From an uncultured Actinomycetes bacterium (GTDB taxonomy: Bacteria; Actinomycetota; UBA4738; HRBIN12), in NCBI GenBank assembly GCA_963796725.1, contig CAWCMT010000001.1, forward strand, positions 161,405-225,404: a stretch of DNA of 64,000 bases, in the 5' to 3' direction. Numbering within the stretch: the stretch's first letter is position 1; each line of letters opens with the position of its first letter. The position numbers and the translations under genes are program-made. The notes under the pieces are model-generated. The model made no database searches, was not told the DNA's origin, and was given only the letters and a program-made list of their open reading frames with translations. Below are positions 1-10,632 of the stretch, piece after piece.

Positions 1-2164
1 CGAGCTCGAGGAGGCCCCCGAGGCACGGGTCCTGACCGAGGCCACGGCGATCGGTATCTACGACGACGGCTACGTGGTCGTCTACGAGCGCTCGGTGCCG
101 GTCGCCCGCGTGTGGCACGTGCGGGCGGCGCGCGTCGTTGTCGCGGCCGGCGCGCACGAACGGCCGATCGCGTTCGCCGACGACGACCGCCCTGGTGTGA
201 TGCTCGCCTCGGCGGCCCGCATGTACGTCGACCGGTTCGCCGTCGCGCCCGGGTCGCGCGCGGTCGTGTTCACGACGAATCACACGGGGCACGACGTCGC
301 GCTCGCACTCGACGCGGCCGGACTGGAGATCGCCGCGGTCGTCGACGTGAGCGAAGCCGGCCCCGCCAGCGACCGGACCCGCGAAGCCGGCATCGACGTC
401 CGCAACGGCTGGGCCGTCACGGGCACCGGTGGCGAACCGCGCGTGAGGGAGGTTCACGCGTCGGGGCCCGGAGGTGCCGGCGCGACGTTCGACGCGGACC
501 TGCTGTTGGTCGCCGGCGGCTGGAACCCGGCCGTTCAGCTCTGGCGCGGCATCAACGGTGGGCTTCGCTACGACGACGAACGCGCGTGCTTCCTGCCCGA
601 CGGCACCGGGCCTCGCTGGCTCGACGATCGTCGGCGCCGCCGCGGGCGATGGACTCCCCACCGTCACGCCGTTCTGGTTCACGCCCGCGGAGGACCTGAC
701 CCGACACTTCGTGGACCTGCAACGGGACGCTACCGTCGCCGATGTGCTCGACGCAGTGTCGCGCGACCTCCGGTCCACGGAGCACGTGAAGCGCGCCACG
801 TATATCGGCACCGCGATCGACCAGGGCCGCACGAGCGGCGGTGCTCACGGCGGCCATCGTGAACCAGGCCTGGAGTACCGGCCCGGGCGCGCAGGGACCC
901 ACGAACGCCCGTCCCCCGTACACGCCGGTGCCGTACTCGGTCCTCGCAGGTCGCGACCGTGGTCCCGAGCTCCTCGATCCCGCCCGTCAGACGCCGATCC
1001 ATCCCTGGCACCTCGCACACGGCGCCGTCTTCGAGAACGTCGGGCAGTGGAAGCGTCCGTGGTACTTCCCCACGGCAGACGGCGAGGACCTCCATGCTGC
1101 GGTCGAGCGCGAATGCGTCGCGGTGCGCGAGCGCGTGGGCGTGATGGACGCCTCGACCCTCGGCAAGATCGAACTGGTCGGGTCCGGACGTCGCGAGGTT
1201 CCTCGACCGCCTCTACACGAACCGGATGTCGACCCTGAAGGTGGGCTCGATCCGGTACGGCTTGATGTTGAGCCTCGACGGGATGGTCTTCGACGACGGC
1301 GTGGCGATGCGCCTCGCCGACGACCGCTACCTCATCACGACCACAACCGGAGGAGCCGCCAAGGTGATGGAGCACGCCGAGGAATACCTCCAGACCGAGT
1401 GGCCCGATCTCCGCGTCTACGCCACGAGCGTCACGGAGCAGTGGTCCACGATCGCCGTCAACGGCCCGAGGTCCCGCGACCTCCTGGCGGCGCTCGGCAC
1501 GGACATCGATATCGCCACCGAGGCGTTCCCGTTCATGACGTGGCGTGACGGTGAGGTTGCGGGCATGCCGGCGCGCGTCGCGCGCGTCAGCTTCAGCGGC
1601 GAACTCGCGTACGAGCTCAACGTCGAGGGCCGGCTCGGCCTGACGATGTGGGAGGCGGTGATCGCCGCGGGTGCTCGGCTGGGCATCGCGCCCTACGGGA
1701 CCGAGGCGATGCATCGGCTCCGTGCCCAGAAGGGGTACGTGATCGTTGGCCAAGACACGGACGGGACGGTCACGCCGCACGATCTGGGCATGTCGTGGAT
1801 CGTGAGGAAGGATGGCTCGGACTTCATCGGGCGGCGCTCCTTGCGACGGCCCGACACGCTGCGGCGTGACCGGAAGCAGCTCGTGGGGCTGCGGCCGACG
1901 GATCCAGGGGCGTGGCTCCCTGAGGGCGCACAGCTGGTGGCACCCGAGCACGCACTCGACACCCCGCCGGTCCCCATGCTGGGGTTCGTGACGTCGAGCT
2001 ACCCACGGTACGCGGCGAGCCGGTCGCTCGCTCTCGCGCTGGTCAAGGGAGGGCGCGAGCTGATCGGCTCCCGGCTGGTGGCACCGTGGCCAGGCGGCGC
2101 GATCGAGGCCGAGGTCACGTCGCCCGTCTCCTACGACCCCGAGGGAGAGCGGCGTGACGGCTGA
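1..2164 (+). pseudogene. soxA: Sarcosine oxidase alpha subunit (SoxA), copy 1. The 5' end lies outside the window. The frame is interrupted at least three times (about 630, 850 and 1200).
   Basis: Translations in frames 2->0->1->2 join into a continuous SoxA-like sequence: [19 protein letters not shown]...[19 protein letters not shown], then [51 protein letters not shown], then a C-terminal GcvT-type folate-binding domain (1226..2164). The 3' end overlaps soxG by 11 nt. Confidence 0.8.
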
Positions 2165-2732
2165 CGCGATCCGACGCGACCCGCTCGCCGCACGGCTCGA
2201 GGACCTCGCGCTCGTGGTCGCTCGCACCGGCGGCGCGGTGGGGCTGACGCATGAGCCGTTCCTCACCCAGATCTCGCTGCGACTCGATCCTGCCCTCGCC
2301 GACCGCGCCCCCTATCCCCTACCCCTCACGCCGAACACCGCCTGGGAGGAGGGACCGCGAGCCGCCCTCTGGCTCGGTCCCGACGAGTGGCTCATCCTCG
2401 GTCCGCCGGACGAGGCAGCCCGGATCGCGGCCGAGCTCGATGGAGCGCTCGACGGCCTACACCGGAGCGTGGTGGACCTGAGCTCGAACCGGTCGGCGTT
2501 CGAGCTCACCGGCCCCGGCCGGTTCGAGCTGCTGTCGAAGGGGTGCCCGATCGATCTCCATCCGCTCGCCTGGGCGGCGGGCCGCTGCGCCCAGACGCTG
2601 CTCGCCAAGACCCAGATCGTCCTGCACGAACGGGCCGACAGCACCGGCATCCTGGTGCGCACGTCCTTCTCGACCTACCTGGTGGACTGGCTCCTGGCAG
2701 CTGGGGGCGAGGCCGTCCCAGCCCGGGGATGA
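2154..2732 (+). CDS. soxG: Sarcosine oxidase gamma subunit (SoxG).
   Basis: The 192 aa product has a SoxG-like pattern (LWLGPDEWLILGPPDE...SAFELTGPG...VRTSFSTYLVDWLL) and its start overlaps the soxA stop. Confidence 0.75.
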   Translation: MTADAIRRDPLAARLEDLALVVARTGGAVGLTHEPFLTQISLRLDPALADRAPYPLPLTPNTAWEEGPRAALWLGPDEWLILGPPDEAARIAAELDGALDGLHRSVVDLSSNRSAFELTGPGRFELLSKGCPIDLHPLAWAAGRCAQTLLAKTQIVLHERADSTGILVRTSFSTYLVDWLLAAGGEAVPARG

Positions 2733-2880
2733 AACCGGTATCCGACACGACGAGAGGAACCACGGCCCTCGGGACCTTCGACCCCGGTCGCCGTGGCGCG
2801 GCGCCTCATAGGCTGACTCGCAAGGCCCTGGGCCAGCCTCGTCGATCCGGGGCGCCGGGCCTAGGGAGGAGGATCTCTCG

Positions 2881-3585
2881 ATGGCAACCACCTTCGCGCC
2901 CACGGAAGACGAGAGGCGACCGGCACGCACCGCCAGGTCCACGTCCTTCGAACGCCAGCGTCGGATCGGCGGCGCGCTCCTCGGCTCCGCAGCAGCGGTG
3001 ATCTTCCTGGGGATCATCACCGCGGAAGCGCTGTATCCAGCCCCGTACGACACGGCAGAGAACACGATCAGCGACCTCGGGGCGACGCTCCCGCCGCACA
3101 GCGTGATCTTGCAGCCCTCCGCCACGATCTTCGACCTCACGATGATCGCGTCGGGACTTGCGATCATCGCAGGCGCCTACTTCGTCCATCGTGTCTTCTC
3201 ACGCAAGGCCGTGACGATCCCCCTGGCCCTGCTGGGGCTCGGTGCCCTGGGCGTGGGCGTGTTCCCCGGCAACCACCTCGCGCCCCACCAACTCTTCGCC
3301 ATGACGGCGTTCATCAGCGGCGGGATCGTCGCGGTCCTCGCCGCGACGATCCTCGTGACTCCGTTGCGCCAGATCTCGGTCGCGCTGGGCATCGTGTCGC
3401 TGATCAGCTTCCTGCTGGCGATGTTCTTCCTGGAGTGGGGTCCTGTTGCCCGCTTGGGCGAAGGAGGCATCGAGCGCTGGATCGTGTATCCGCAGGTCCT
3501 GTGGCTCGCCACGTTCGGCGGAGCGCTCATGGGGCCGCGCGACGTAGGAAGCTCGCGCCAGAACACCGATCGGTCGTTCCACTAG
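2881..3585 (+). CDS. Integral membrane protein of unknown function (DUF998-like, recalled from memory).
   Basis: The 234 aa ORF has about 6 predicted TM helices and a GGGAGGAGG ribosome-binding site 6 nt upstream of the ATG. It sits between two convergent sox gene sets. Confidence 0.55.
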   Translation: MATTFAPTEDERRPARTARSTSFERQRRIGGALLGSAAAVIFLGIITAEALYPAPYDTAENTISDLGATLPPHSVILQPSATIFDLTMIASGLAIIAGAYFVHRVFSRKAVTIPLALLGLGALGVGVFPGNHLAPHQLFAMTAFISGGIVAVLAATILVTPLRQISVALGIVSLISFLLAMFFLEWGPVARLGEGGIERWIVYPQVLWLATFGGALMGPRDVGSSRQNTDRSFH

Positions 3586-3596
3586 TCTGAGACGGA

Positions 3597-4813
3597 CTAG
3601 CGATGGGTTCCGGCGCTGGCGGCGTCCGGCACCATACGGTCGTTGCGGAACCTGTCGGGTGCGAACGGCGCGATCAACGGATCAACGCGGCCCGACGCGA
3701 GCAACTCCGCCATCGTCTTGCCGAAGATGGGCGCCCCCTTGAACCCCCAGGTCCCCATGCCGGACATGAGGAAGAAGTTGCCGACCTCGGACTCGCCCAG
3801 CAACGGCGAGGAATCCGGGGTCATGTCGCACAGGCCGGTCCACTGCCGCATCATCCGCGCTTTCGCCATGAACGGCAGGAGCTGGATCGTGCGCTTCGCC
3901 GTCTCCGCCGCGAACTCGAAGGTCGAGCGGGTGGAGTAGGTGTTGTAGGGCAGGGTCTCGCCGCCCACGACCAGTTCGCCACGCGCCGTCTGCTGCGTGT
4001 AGACGTAGAGATCCATCGACGAGACCAGACCCCACAGCACGGGCGTGTACGCCTCGGTGACGAACGCCTGCAGCGCCATCGTCTCGATCGGCAGATGTAC
4101 GCCGGCCATCCGCGCGAGCTCGGACGAGTAGCCGGCCACAGCGCTGACCACGCGGCCCGCCGAGACCTTGCCCCGCGGTGGTCCGCACGCCCGTGCAGAC
4201 GCCGTCGGTCACCTCAACGCCGATCACCTCGACGCCCTCGTGGATGTCCACGCCCCGGCGGTTAGCTGCCGCCGCGTAGCCCCACACCACCGAGTCGTGC
4301 CGCGCGAACGCCCCCGGAGGGTGGTAGGAGGCGCCGATCACGGGAAGCTCGCCTCCCGCCGATAGGTCCACCAGCGGGCAGACCTCCAGCACCTCGTCGG
4401 GGGTGAGGATCTCCGTGTGCACCCCGTACTGCCGCTGGATCAGCAGCGACCTTCTCGCGTTCGACCTGAAGGGTGTCGGTGGAGTGGCACAGATCGAGGT
4501 TGCCCTGGGTGCTGAACAGCACGTTGTAGTCGAGCTCCTGCGAGAGCGTCCGGTACATGTCCAACGACGTTGCGTACAGCGGCACGGTCTCGGTCGTGTT
4601 GTAGGTGGCGCGGACGACCTGCGTGTTGCGCCCGCTGCCCCCGCTGCCCAGGTAGTGACGCTCGAGCACCACGACGTCGCGGATCCCGTGGTACTCGGCG
4701 AGGTGGAACGCCAACGAGAGGCCGTTCACACCCCCGCCCACGATCACCACGTCGTACCGCGGCTTCAGCTGACGACGGCTGAGGTACACGCGGCGACGTA
4801 GCAGCCCGGTCAC
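3597..4813 (-). pseudogene. soxB: Sarcosine oxidase beta subunit (SoxB). It has a GTG start and two 1-nt frame changes (about 4440 and about 4170).
   Basis: The N-terminus carries an FAD-binding motif (YDVVIVGGGVNGLSLAFHLAE). Three frames splice into a typical SoxB sequence (..LQVEREKV / LIQRQYGVHTEILTPDEV...VRTTAG / KVSAGRVVSAVAGYSSELARMAGVHLPIE...). Removing one G from the run GCGGGGCAAGG restores the frame. Confidence 0.8.
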
Positions 4814-5156
4814 GCCAGCAGCTCCGCGCAGTCGACACGGATCCGCTCCTCGACGAACGCACCCAGGCTCGCCGGCACGAGGATCGTGAGACGTCCGGGA
4901 GCCGAGAGGACCTTGGAGCCGATGCGGACGACGTCACCTTGGACGAACCCCTCGCGGGGAGGTCCAGCTCCGAGAGCCGAGCGAACGCCTCGGGAGCGTC
5001 GTCGCCCGTGAGCTCGAACGCGGCCCAGCCGTCCGTCACGTCCTCGATCAGGGCAGCGCCCTCATCCATCCCGACGCCGGCGGGGGTGAGCCCCCCGCCC
5101 CCTATCACCAGCGCCTCGCGCGGGGCGACGCGACACAGCGTGGCGCCCTCCGGCAT
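4810..5156 (-). pseudogene. soxG: SoxG-like gamma subunit, copy 2. It is N-terminally truncated by about 60 aa relative to the copy at 2154..2732 and has one frameshift after ELDLP.
   Basis: MPEGATLCRVAPREALVIGGGG...FELTGDDAPEAFARLSELDLP continues in the +1 frame as EGFVQGDVVRIGSKVLSAPGRLTILVPASLGAFVEERIRVDCAELLA*. The stop forms a GTGA overlap with the soxB start. There is a 66-nt gap to the soxA stop with no in-frame extension. Confidence 0.65.
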
Positions 5157-5222
5157 CGGAAGTCCGTCGAGCGCGGCGGTCGAGGCAGCACGGCGACCAC
5201 GGTGGGGATCACGGTCCGGAGC

Positions 5223-7838
5223 TCAACCACGGAGCCGCTCCCCCGTCGGATCGTAGAAGGGCCTGGGCGCCACGTGGGCATGCGTCCCCTCGTCGCCCGC
5301 GACGTCGAGGGCGGACGGGAAGCCGTCCTCGGAAGCTCGGATCCACCCCAGGCCGATCGGCCGATCCAGCGCGATCGAGCGTTCGGCGGAGGTGATGCGT
5401 CCCACGACCCGACCCCCGACGAGCAGCGGGGTGCCGCGCAGGGCGGCCACGTCGTCGGGTGGGCGCTCGAACTCCAGGCCGACGAGCTTCCGCGTCACGG
5501 GCAGCTCGGCGAGGCGTTCGAGAGCGCGCTTACCGACGAACCACTCCTTGTCCATCGCCACCGCCCAGTCCATGCCGAGCTTCGCCGGCGTGTCGTCGGG
5601 AAGCGTGTCCTGACCCAGATAGACATGACCTCGCTCCAGCCTGAGGAGCTCGAGCGCGTCGAGACCGTGGGGGAGGAGGTCCCACGCCACCCCCTCCCGG
5701 AGGACGGCGGCCCAGAGCTCGGGCCCGCGTGACCGCGGATGGTGCAGCTCGAACGCCAGCTCGCCCACGAAGCCGGTGCGGACGGCGCGACACGGGACGC
5801 CCGCGACCGTGAGGTCGGCGTGGCTCGGGTAGGGCAGCGCGGCAGGGTCGATCGGGTCGTCGGTGAGGCGTTCCAGGAGATCCCGTGCGTGTGGTCCCGC
5901 CACGTTGATCGCTCCCCACTGTGCCGAGCGGTCGAGGACGTGCACGTCCAGGTCCATGCGGTCCGCGAGGTCACGCAGACGTGCGTCGGTTCGCCCCGCA
6001 CCACCCGAGGTGGAGTTCAGATAGAAGGTGCCGTCGCCTATCGCGCAGAGGAGCCCGTCGTCCATCACGTAGCCCGCCTCATCGAGGCTCAGGACGTAGC
6101 GCGTGTCGCCCGCCCCGAGGTCGGCGGTTCGACACGGGAACATCCGGTCGATCAGCGTCGCGGCGTCGGGTCCGGCCACGGTGAACTTCCCGAGCGTGCC
6201 GACGTCCATCACGCTCACGCGCTCGCGCACCGCTCGGTACTCCTCGCGCCAGTCCCCGTACGTGAACGGCCGCCACCAGCCGCCCGAACGGTCCATCCGA
6301 GCGCCGGCGGCGAGGTGCACGTCGTGCAGGGAGGTCCGCTTGAAGTAGAGCTCATGCACGCCGGCGGCGAGTGACTCGAGCGTCACGGGACGCGCCGGCG
6401 GCCGCGAGGTCGTGCGCGGGGCGACCCGCGACGGCGCGTCCGCCGCGAGCGGGGCGAGACCTTCGCCGGCGGCCAGCTTGTCGCGAACGAAGCACGCGAG
6501 CGCCCGACCGCACATCGCGCCCTGGCACGGGCCCATCGTGGTGGTGGTGTAGCGCTTCAGGATCTCGGCGCCCTGGTAGCCCTCATCCCACGCCTGCTCG
6601 AGGTCGTGCAGCGAGACGTCCTCGCAGAGGCACACCGTGCCGTCGCGGCCGTGGGGTGGGGTCGCATCGGCGAGGGCGGCGTCGCCGACCAACTCCACCG
6701 GCTCGCCCGGGAGGGCCATGCGCGCCAGGGTGTCCCGCGGAGCGAGTCCGAGCGATAGCACCAATGTGTCGCACCTGAACGGCTTGACCTGGGTCCCGCG
6801 CCGCAGCACGACGGACTCCAGCGCCTTGCCGCCGCGGGCCTCGTGCAAGGTACCGTCGATCACGATCTCGTCGACGCCGTCGGGAACCTGATCCGCGAGC
6901 GCCTCGGGCACCGCGACCGCCGCGATCCGGACCCCGGCGGCCTGCAGGGTCTCGATGTGATCCAGTCCCTCCCCGATACCGACGACGGCGACGGCCACCT
7001 CACCCGGCCGCACGCCGTGGACGCCCGCCATGCGCGCGGCGCCGCGGCCCAGCCACACGCCGGGCAGGTCGTTGCCCCGGAACACAGGGTGGATCTCGGC
7101 GGCGCCGGTCGCCACGACGACGCGTTCGGGGTGCACACGCACCAGCTCCCCGTCGGCCACGAGCGGAACCTCGAGGCCCTCGTAGATCCCCAGCGCGGTG
7201 TGCCCATCGAGCACCGTGACGGCCGGCGACGAGCGGACCTCGGCTTCGAGCGTACGAACGCGCTCGAGGAGGGCGCCGGGCGCGATCGCGTCCCCGATCG
7301 GCGACTCGTCGCACACGGTCACGCGCTCGCCCCGCGCGCCGGCCGCGCGGGCGGCCTCGAGCCCGGCCGCTCCCGCCCCGACGACGAGCACGTCGGTCCG
7401 TAGGAACCGCACGACGCTGCGCTCGGCGACCGTCGTGGACGGGAGCGACCCCAGGCCCGTCGCCCGGCGGATGACCTTCTCGGCCGTCGACCATGCGAAC
7501 CGTGGCGTGATGAACGTCTTGTAGTAGAAGCCCACCGGCATCAGGCGGTGGAGCGAGTCCGTCACGTGGAGCAGGTCGCGCTCGGTCGAGGGCCAGCCGT
7601 GCGGACGCCGGACCTCCATACCGCTCGCGCACGGTGCCTGGCACGCGTGCACTCCCGGTCTGCCGTCGACGGTGACCAGGCAGTTGGGACAATCACCGGT
7701 TCCGCAGTAGAGGCCGCGGCGGCGGTGGTACTTCAGCGAGCGCGAGAAGGTGCGGACGCCGTCGCGGAAGAGCGCGGATGCCACGGTGTCGCGCTCGACG
7801 AACGGGACATCCCGCCCCTCGAAGCGGATCGCCCCCAT
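5223..7838 (-). CDS. soxA: Sarcosine oxidase alpha subunit (SoxA), copy 2. It appears intact, starting at the internal ATG (MGAIRFEGRDVPF...).
   Basis: It has an N-terminal 2Fe-2S motif (GLYCGTGDCPNCLVTVDG), an FAD/NAD domain (VLVVGAGAAGLEAA) and a C-terminal GcvT domain. The ATG lies 1 nt after the soxD stop. Confidence 0.85.
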   Translation of the reverse strand: MGAIRFEGRDVPFVERDTVASALFRDGVRTFSRSLKYHRRRGLYCGTGDCPNCLVTVDGRPGVHACQAPCASGMEVRRPHGWPSTERDLLHVTDSLHRLMPVGFYYKTFITPRFAWSTAEKVIRRATGLGSLPSTTVAERSVVRFLRTDVLVVGAGAAGLEAARAAGARGERVTVCDESPIGDAIAPGALLERVRTLEAEVRSSPAVTVLDGHTALGIYEGLEVPLVADGELVRVHPERVVVATGAAEIHPVFRGNDLPGVWLGRGAARMAGVHGVRPGEVAVAVVGIGEGLDHIETLQAAGVRIAAVAVPEALADQVPDGVDEIVIDGTLHEARGGKALESVVLRRGTQVKPFRCDTLVLSLGLAPRDTLARMALPGEPVELVGDAALADATPPHGRDGTVCLCEDVSLHDLEQAWDEGYQGAEILKRYTTTTMGPCQGAMCGRALACFVRDKLAAGEGLAPLAADAPSRVAPRTTSRPPARPVTLESLAAGVHELYFKRTSLHDVHLAAGARMDRSGGWWRPFTYGDWREEYRAVRERVSVMDVGTLGKFTVAGPDAATLIDRMFPCRTADLGAGDTRYVLSLDEAGYVMDDGLLCAIGDGTFYLNSTSGGAGRTDARLRDLADRMDLDVHVLDRSAQWGAINVAGPHARDLLERLTDDPIDPAALPYPSHADLTVAGVPCRAVRTGFVGELAFELHHPRSRGPELWAAVLREGVAWDLLPHGLDALELLRLERGHVYLGQDTLPDDTPAKLGMDWAVAMDKEWFVGKRALERLAELPVTRKLVGLEFERPPDDVAALRGTPLLVGGRVVGRITSAERSIALDRPIGLGWIRASEDGFPSALDVAGDEGTHAHVAPRPFYDPTGERLRG

Positions 7839-7839
7839 C

Positions 7840-8067
7840 TCAGTGGACCTCGTTCGTGCGCGTGTCGCGGGTGAGCGTCGTCCACGTGCGACAGCCAAGG
7901 GCGTGGAACCACCGCTCCTCTTGCGGGCCGGCGAGGTTCTCGGGATGGAAGACGCGCGCGAAGTCGGACTCGGGGTCGGTCGCATCGATCGGACGGACCT
8001 CGCCACCGAAGCTGAACTCGGTGGTGGGACGCGGGCCACAGAACCCGCAGGGGATCTTCAGCGTCAT
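7840..8067 (-). CDS. soxD: Sarcosine oxidase delta subunit (SoxD).
   Basis: The 75 aa product MTLKIPCGFCGPRPTTEFSFGGEV has the SoxD zinc-ribbon-like N-terminus. Confidence 0.8.
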   Translation of the reverse strand: MTLKIPCGFCGPRPTTEFSFGGEVRPIDATDPESDFARVFHPENLAGPQEERWFHALGCRTWTTLTRDTRTNEVH

Positions 8068-8205
8068 GTCGCACCACCCCCCGGATCCAGCCGTTCCACC
8101 ACGTGACCCCCGTTCAGGCTCGCGAGAGCGGAGTCTGCCACGACCTGCGGCATCGTGGCATGAGTAGGACGTGACCCGCGGTTCCCCGAGAGAGGGACGT
8201 CGCCG

Positions 8206-9072
8206 TCAGCTCAGCTCGCCGAGCATCCGCTGTTGCCATTCGAGCGTCGCGTTCACCTGGTTGAACGTGAACAGGTGAAGCGCCTCGATCCGAGCCGCGG
8301 GATCAACGAGGGCGTCCGCCAGCCCCAGGAGCAGCGCATCGGGACCGAACTTCCCCGGGGTCAGCAGGGAGCCGACCATCTTCCGGTTCTTCTTCAGGTA
8401 ACGCGCCGAGTCGGCGATGCCGATCCTCGCCGAGATCGTCATGAGCTTCGTGAGCTCGGCCACGCCCGGCGTGCCCAGATGCACGGGCAACGTGACCCCG
8501 ACCTCGCGCATCCTGCGCACCCATGCCGAGATGGCCGCCGGGTTGAAGCACATCTGTGTGGCCATGTATTGCGCGTACCGCTGCTTCTCCAGCAGGACCT
8601 CCAACAACCTGGCGTCGTCGATCGCGACGTGACCCTCCGGGTACGAGGGCACGCCGATCTCGGCGAAGGGATGGCCGCGCTCGTCGAGGGCGCGCAGCAG
8701 CATGAGGCCGTCATGGAAGGCACCCTTGTCCTTGGAGTCGCCTCCCACGACGAAGGCGCGCGTCAGCGATGCGGCGTGGCAACGGCCCAGGATCTCGTCC
8801 AGGTGGGCTCCGTCGCGGATCATGTGCGCGGACAGGTGCGGGATCGCGACGTGGCCCCGGGCGGCGAGCGATTCAGCCAGATCCAGGGTCGCCTCGATCC
8901 CGTGACTGGGCGACGCCGTGACGGTGACGACGGCCGTGGGAGGCAGTGCCTCCGCCTTCTCGGAGGCGTTCGTCAGCGGGATCAGCTCGAACTTGGGCGC
9001 CTGGACCAGCACCTGCAGCGCCGCGCTCTGCTCCGACGACAGGCCCGAGACCTTCCGCTTCCGCACCGCCAA
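8206..9072 (-). CDS. metF: 5,10-methylenetetrahydrofolate reductase (MetF/MTHFR family).
   Basis: The 288 aa product matches a MetF pattern (..FVVGGDSKDKGAF..LLRAL...PEGH..). Confidence 0.8.
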   Translation of the reverse strand: MAVRKRKVSGLSSEQSAALQVLVQAPKFELIPLTNASEKAEALPPTAVVTVTASPSHGIEATLDLAESLAARGHVAIPHLSAHMIRDGAHLDEILGRCHAASLTRAFVVGGDSKDKGAFHDGLMLLRALDERGHPFAEIGVPSYPEGHVAIDDARLLEVLLEKQRYAQYMATQMCFNPAAISAWVRRMREVGVTLPVHLGTPGVAELTKLMTISARIGIADSARYLKKNRKMVGSLLTPGKFGPDALLLGLADALVDPAARIEALHLFTFNQVNATLEWQQRMLGELS

Positions 9073-9087
9073 TTCCCCGCCTACCTC

Positions 9088-10632
9088 CTAGACGTTCGAG
9101 TCGGGGAAGGAGGCCTTCTGCCGCTCGATCCACTCCTGAAGTTCCTGATCCACCGCGTCCTCGATCGGCGGCGGCTCGTACTCGGCGAGCATCTTCTTCC
9201 ATATCGGGTTCGCCCGGTTAGTCGTTTCCAGTGCCCCTTCGAGCTCCCATTGCTCGAAGCTGTTGTTGTCCGCGACCGAGGACCGGTAGAACGCGGTCTC
9301 GAAGTTCGCCAGGGTGTGGGCCGTTCCGAGGAAGTGCTGGCCGGGACCGTTCTCGATGATCGCATCGATCGCCTGGCCGTTCGGAGAGAGGTCCACGCCC
9401 TTCGCGAGTTCGTGCATCATCCCGCACTGGTCGAGGTCCATCACGAACTTCTCATATCCCATGGTCAGCCCGCCCTCGAGCCAGCCCGCCGCGTGGAGCA
9501 CGAAGTTCACCCCTCCCAGGACGGTTGGCTGCAGGGTGTTGGCGGATTCGTAGGCGGCCTGCGCATCGGGGGTCTTGGCGGCCGTCAGCGAGCCACCGCT
9601 TCGGAAGGGGACGCGCAGCCGACGCGCACACGCCGCCAGGGTGTAGAGCACGAGCGCCGGCTCGGGCGTACCGAAGGTGGGTGCACCCGACTGCATCGAC
9701 ATCGACGATGCGAACGAACCGAAGACCACGGGCGCACCGGGGCGCACGAGCTGCACGTAGGCCATGCCCGCCAGCGACTCGGCGAGCGTCTGCGCCGCCG
9801 CCCCCGCCACGGTGGCAGGGCTCATGGCGCCCGCCAGGATGAACGGCGTCATGATCACGGCCTGGTTCGCCTCGGCGTAGGCTTTCGCGGCGCCGAGCAT
9901 CGACGAATCCCACACCAGCGGGGAGTTCGCGTTGATGAGGCTCAGGATGTACGTCCCCGACTCCAGCGCATCGACCCCGAACAGGATCCGAGCCATCTCC
10001 ACCGTGTCCTGGGCGCGCTGCGGATGCGTCACCGAACCCATGAACGGCTTGTCCGAGTAACGCATGTGCGCGTACACCATGTCGTAGTGCCGCTTGTTGA
10101 CGGGCAGATCCACCGGCTCGCAGACCGTGCCGCCCGAGTGGTGGAGGTAGGGCGCCGCGTACGCGAGCTTCACGAAATTGCGGAAGTCCTCGATGGTGCC
10201 GTAGCGTCGACCGCCGTCCAGGTCCCGGACGAACGGGGAGCCGTAGGCAGGCGCCAACACGGTGGCGTTCCCGCCGATCTGGACGTCGTTGGCGGGGTTC
10301 CGCGCGTGTTGCGTGAACACCTCAGGCGCGGTGGCCTGGACGAGCTGGCGGCACATCCCGCGGGGGAACCTCACCCGCTCTCCGGCGACGTCGGCGCCGG
10401 CATCTTTCCAGAGCTGCAGCGCGTCGGGCGCGCCCTTGAAGTCGATCCCCACCTCCTCCAGGATCCGGTCGGCGTTCTCCTCGATCAGGCTCAGCCCCTC
10501 CTCCGACAGAACCTCGAACGGCGTCAGGGTGCGGGTGATGAAGGGGACCCTCTCGGCAGCGCTCGCGAGACGGGCGGCGGCGCGGCCGGCGCGGCCTCCG
10601 GTCCGGCGTCCGCGCGGGGCGGTGTCGCTCAT
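9088..10632 (-). CDS. MttB-superfamily methyltransferase without pyrrolysine. I predict it is a glycine betaine (quaternary amine):corrinoid methyltransferase, MtgB-like.
   Basis: The 514 aa product shows trimethylamine methyltransferase family signatures (RTLTPFEVLSEEGLSLIEENADRILEEVGIDF ... MGSVTHPQRAQDTVEMARILFG ... HAAGWLEGGLTMGYEKFVMDLDQCGMM) and has no in-frame amber codon. Its start overlaps the ramA stop. Confidence 0.8.
   Translation of the reverse strand: MSDTAPRGRRTGGRAGRAAARLASAAERVPFITRTLTPFEVLSEEGLSLIEENADRILEEVGIDFKGAPDALQLWKDAGADVAGERVRFPRGMCRQLVQATAPEVFTQHARNPANDVQIGGNATVLAPAYGSPFVRDLDGGRRYGTIEDFRNFVKLAYAAPYLHHSGGTVCEPVDLPVNKRHYDMVYAHMRYSDKPFMGSVTHPQRAQDTVEMARILFGVDALESGTYILSLINANSPLVWDSSMLGAAKAYAEANQAVIMTPFILAGAMSPATVAGAAAQTLAESLAGMAYVQLVRPGAPVVFGSFASSMSMQSGAPTFGTPEPALVLYTLAACARRLRVPFRSGGSLTAAKTPDAQAAYESANTLQPTVLGGVNFVLHAAGWLEGGLTMGYEKFVMDLDQCGMMHELAKGVDLSPNGQAIDAIIENGPGQHFLGTAHTLANFETAFYRSSVADNNSFEQWELEGALETTNRANPIWKKMLAEYEPPPIEDAVDQELQEWIERQKASFPDSNV

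Noticed and set aside
3583-3600. Small palindrome CTAGTC-n7-GACTAG spanning the two convergent stop codons of the DUF998-like gene and soxB.
   Set aside because: With only a 6-bp stem it is weak. It was noted but is not convincing as a terminator.
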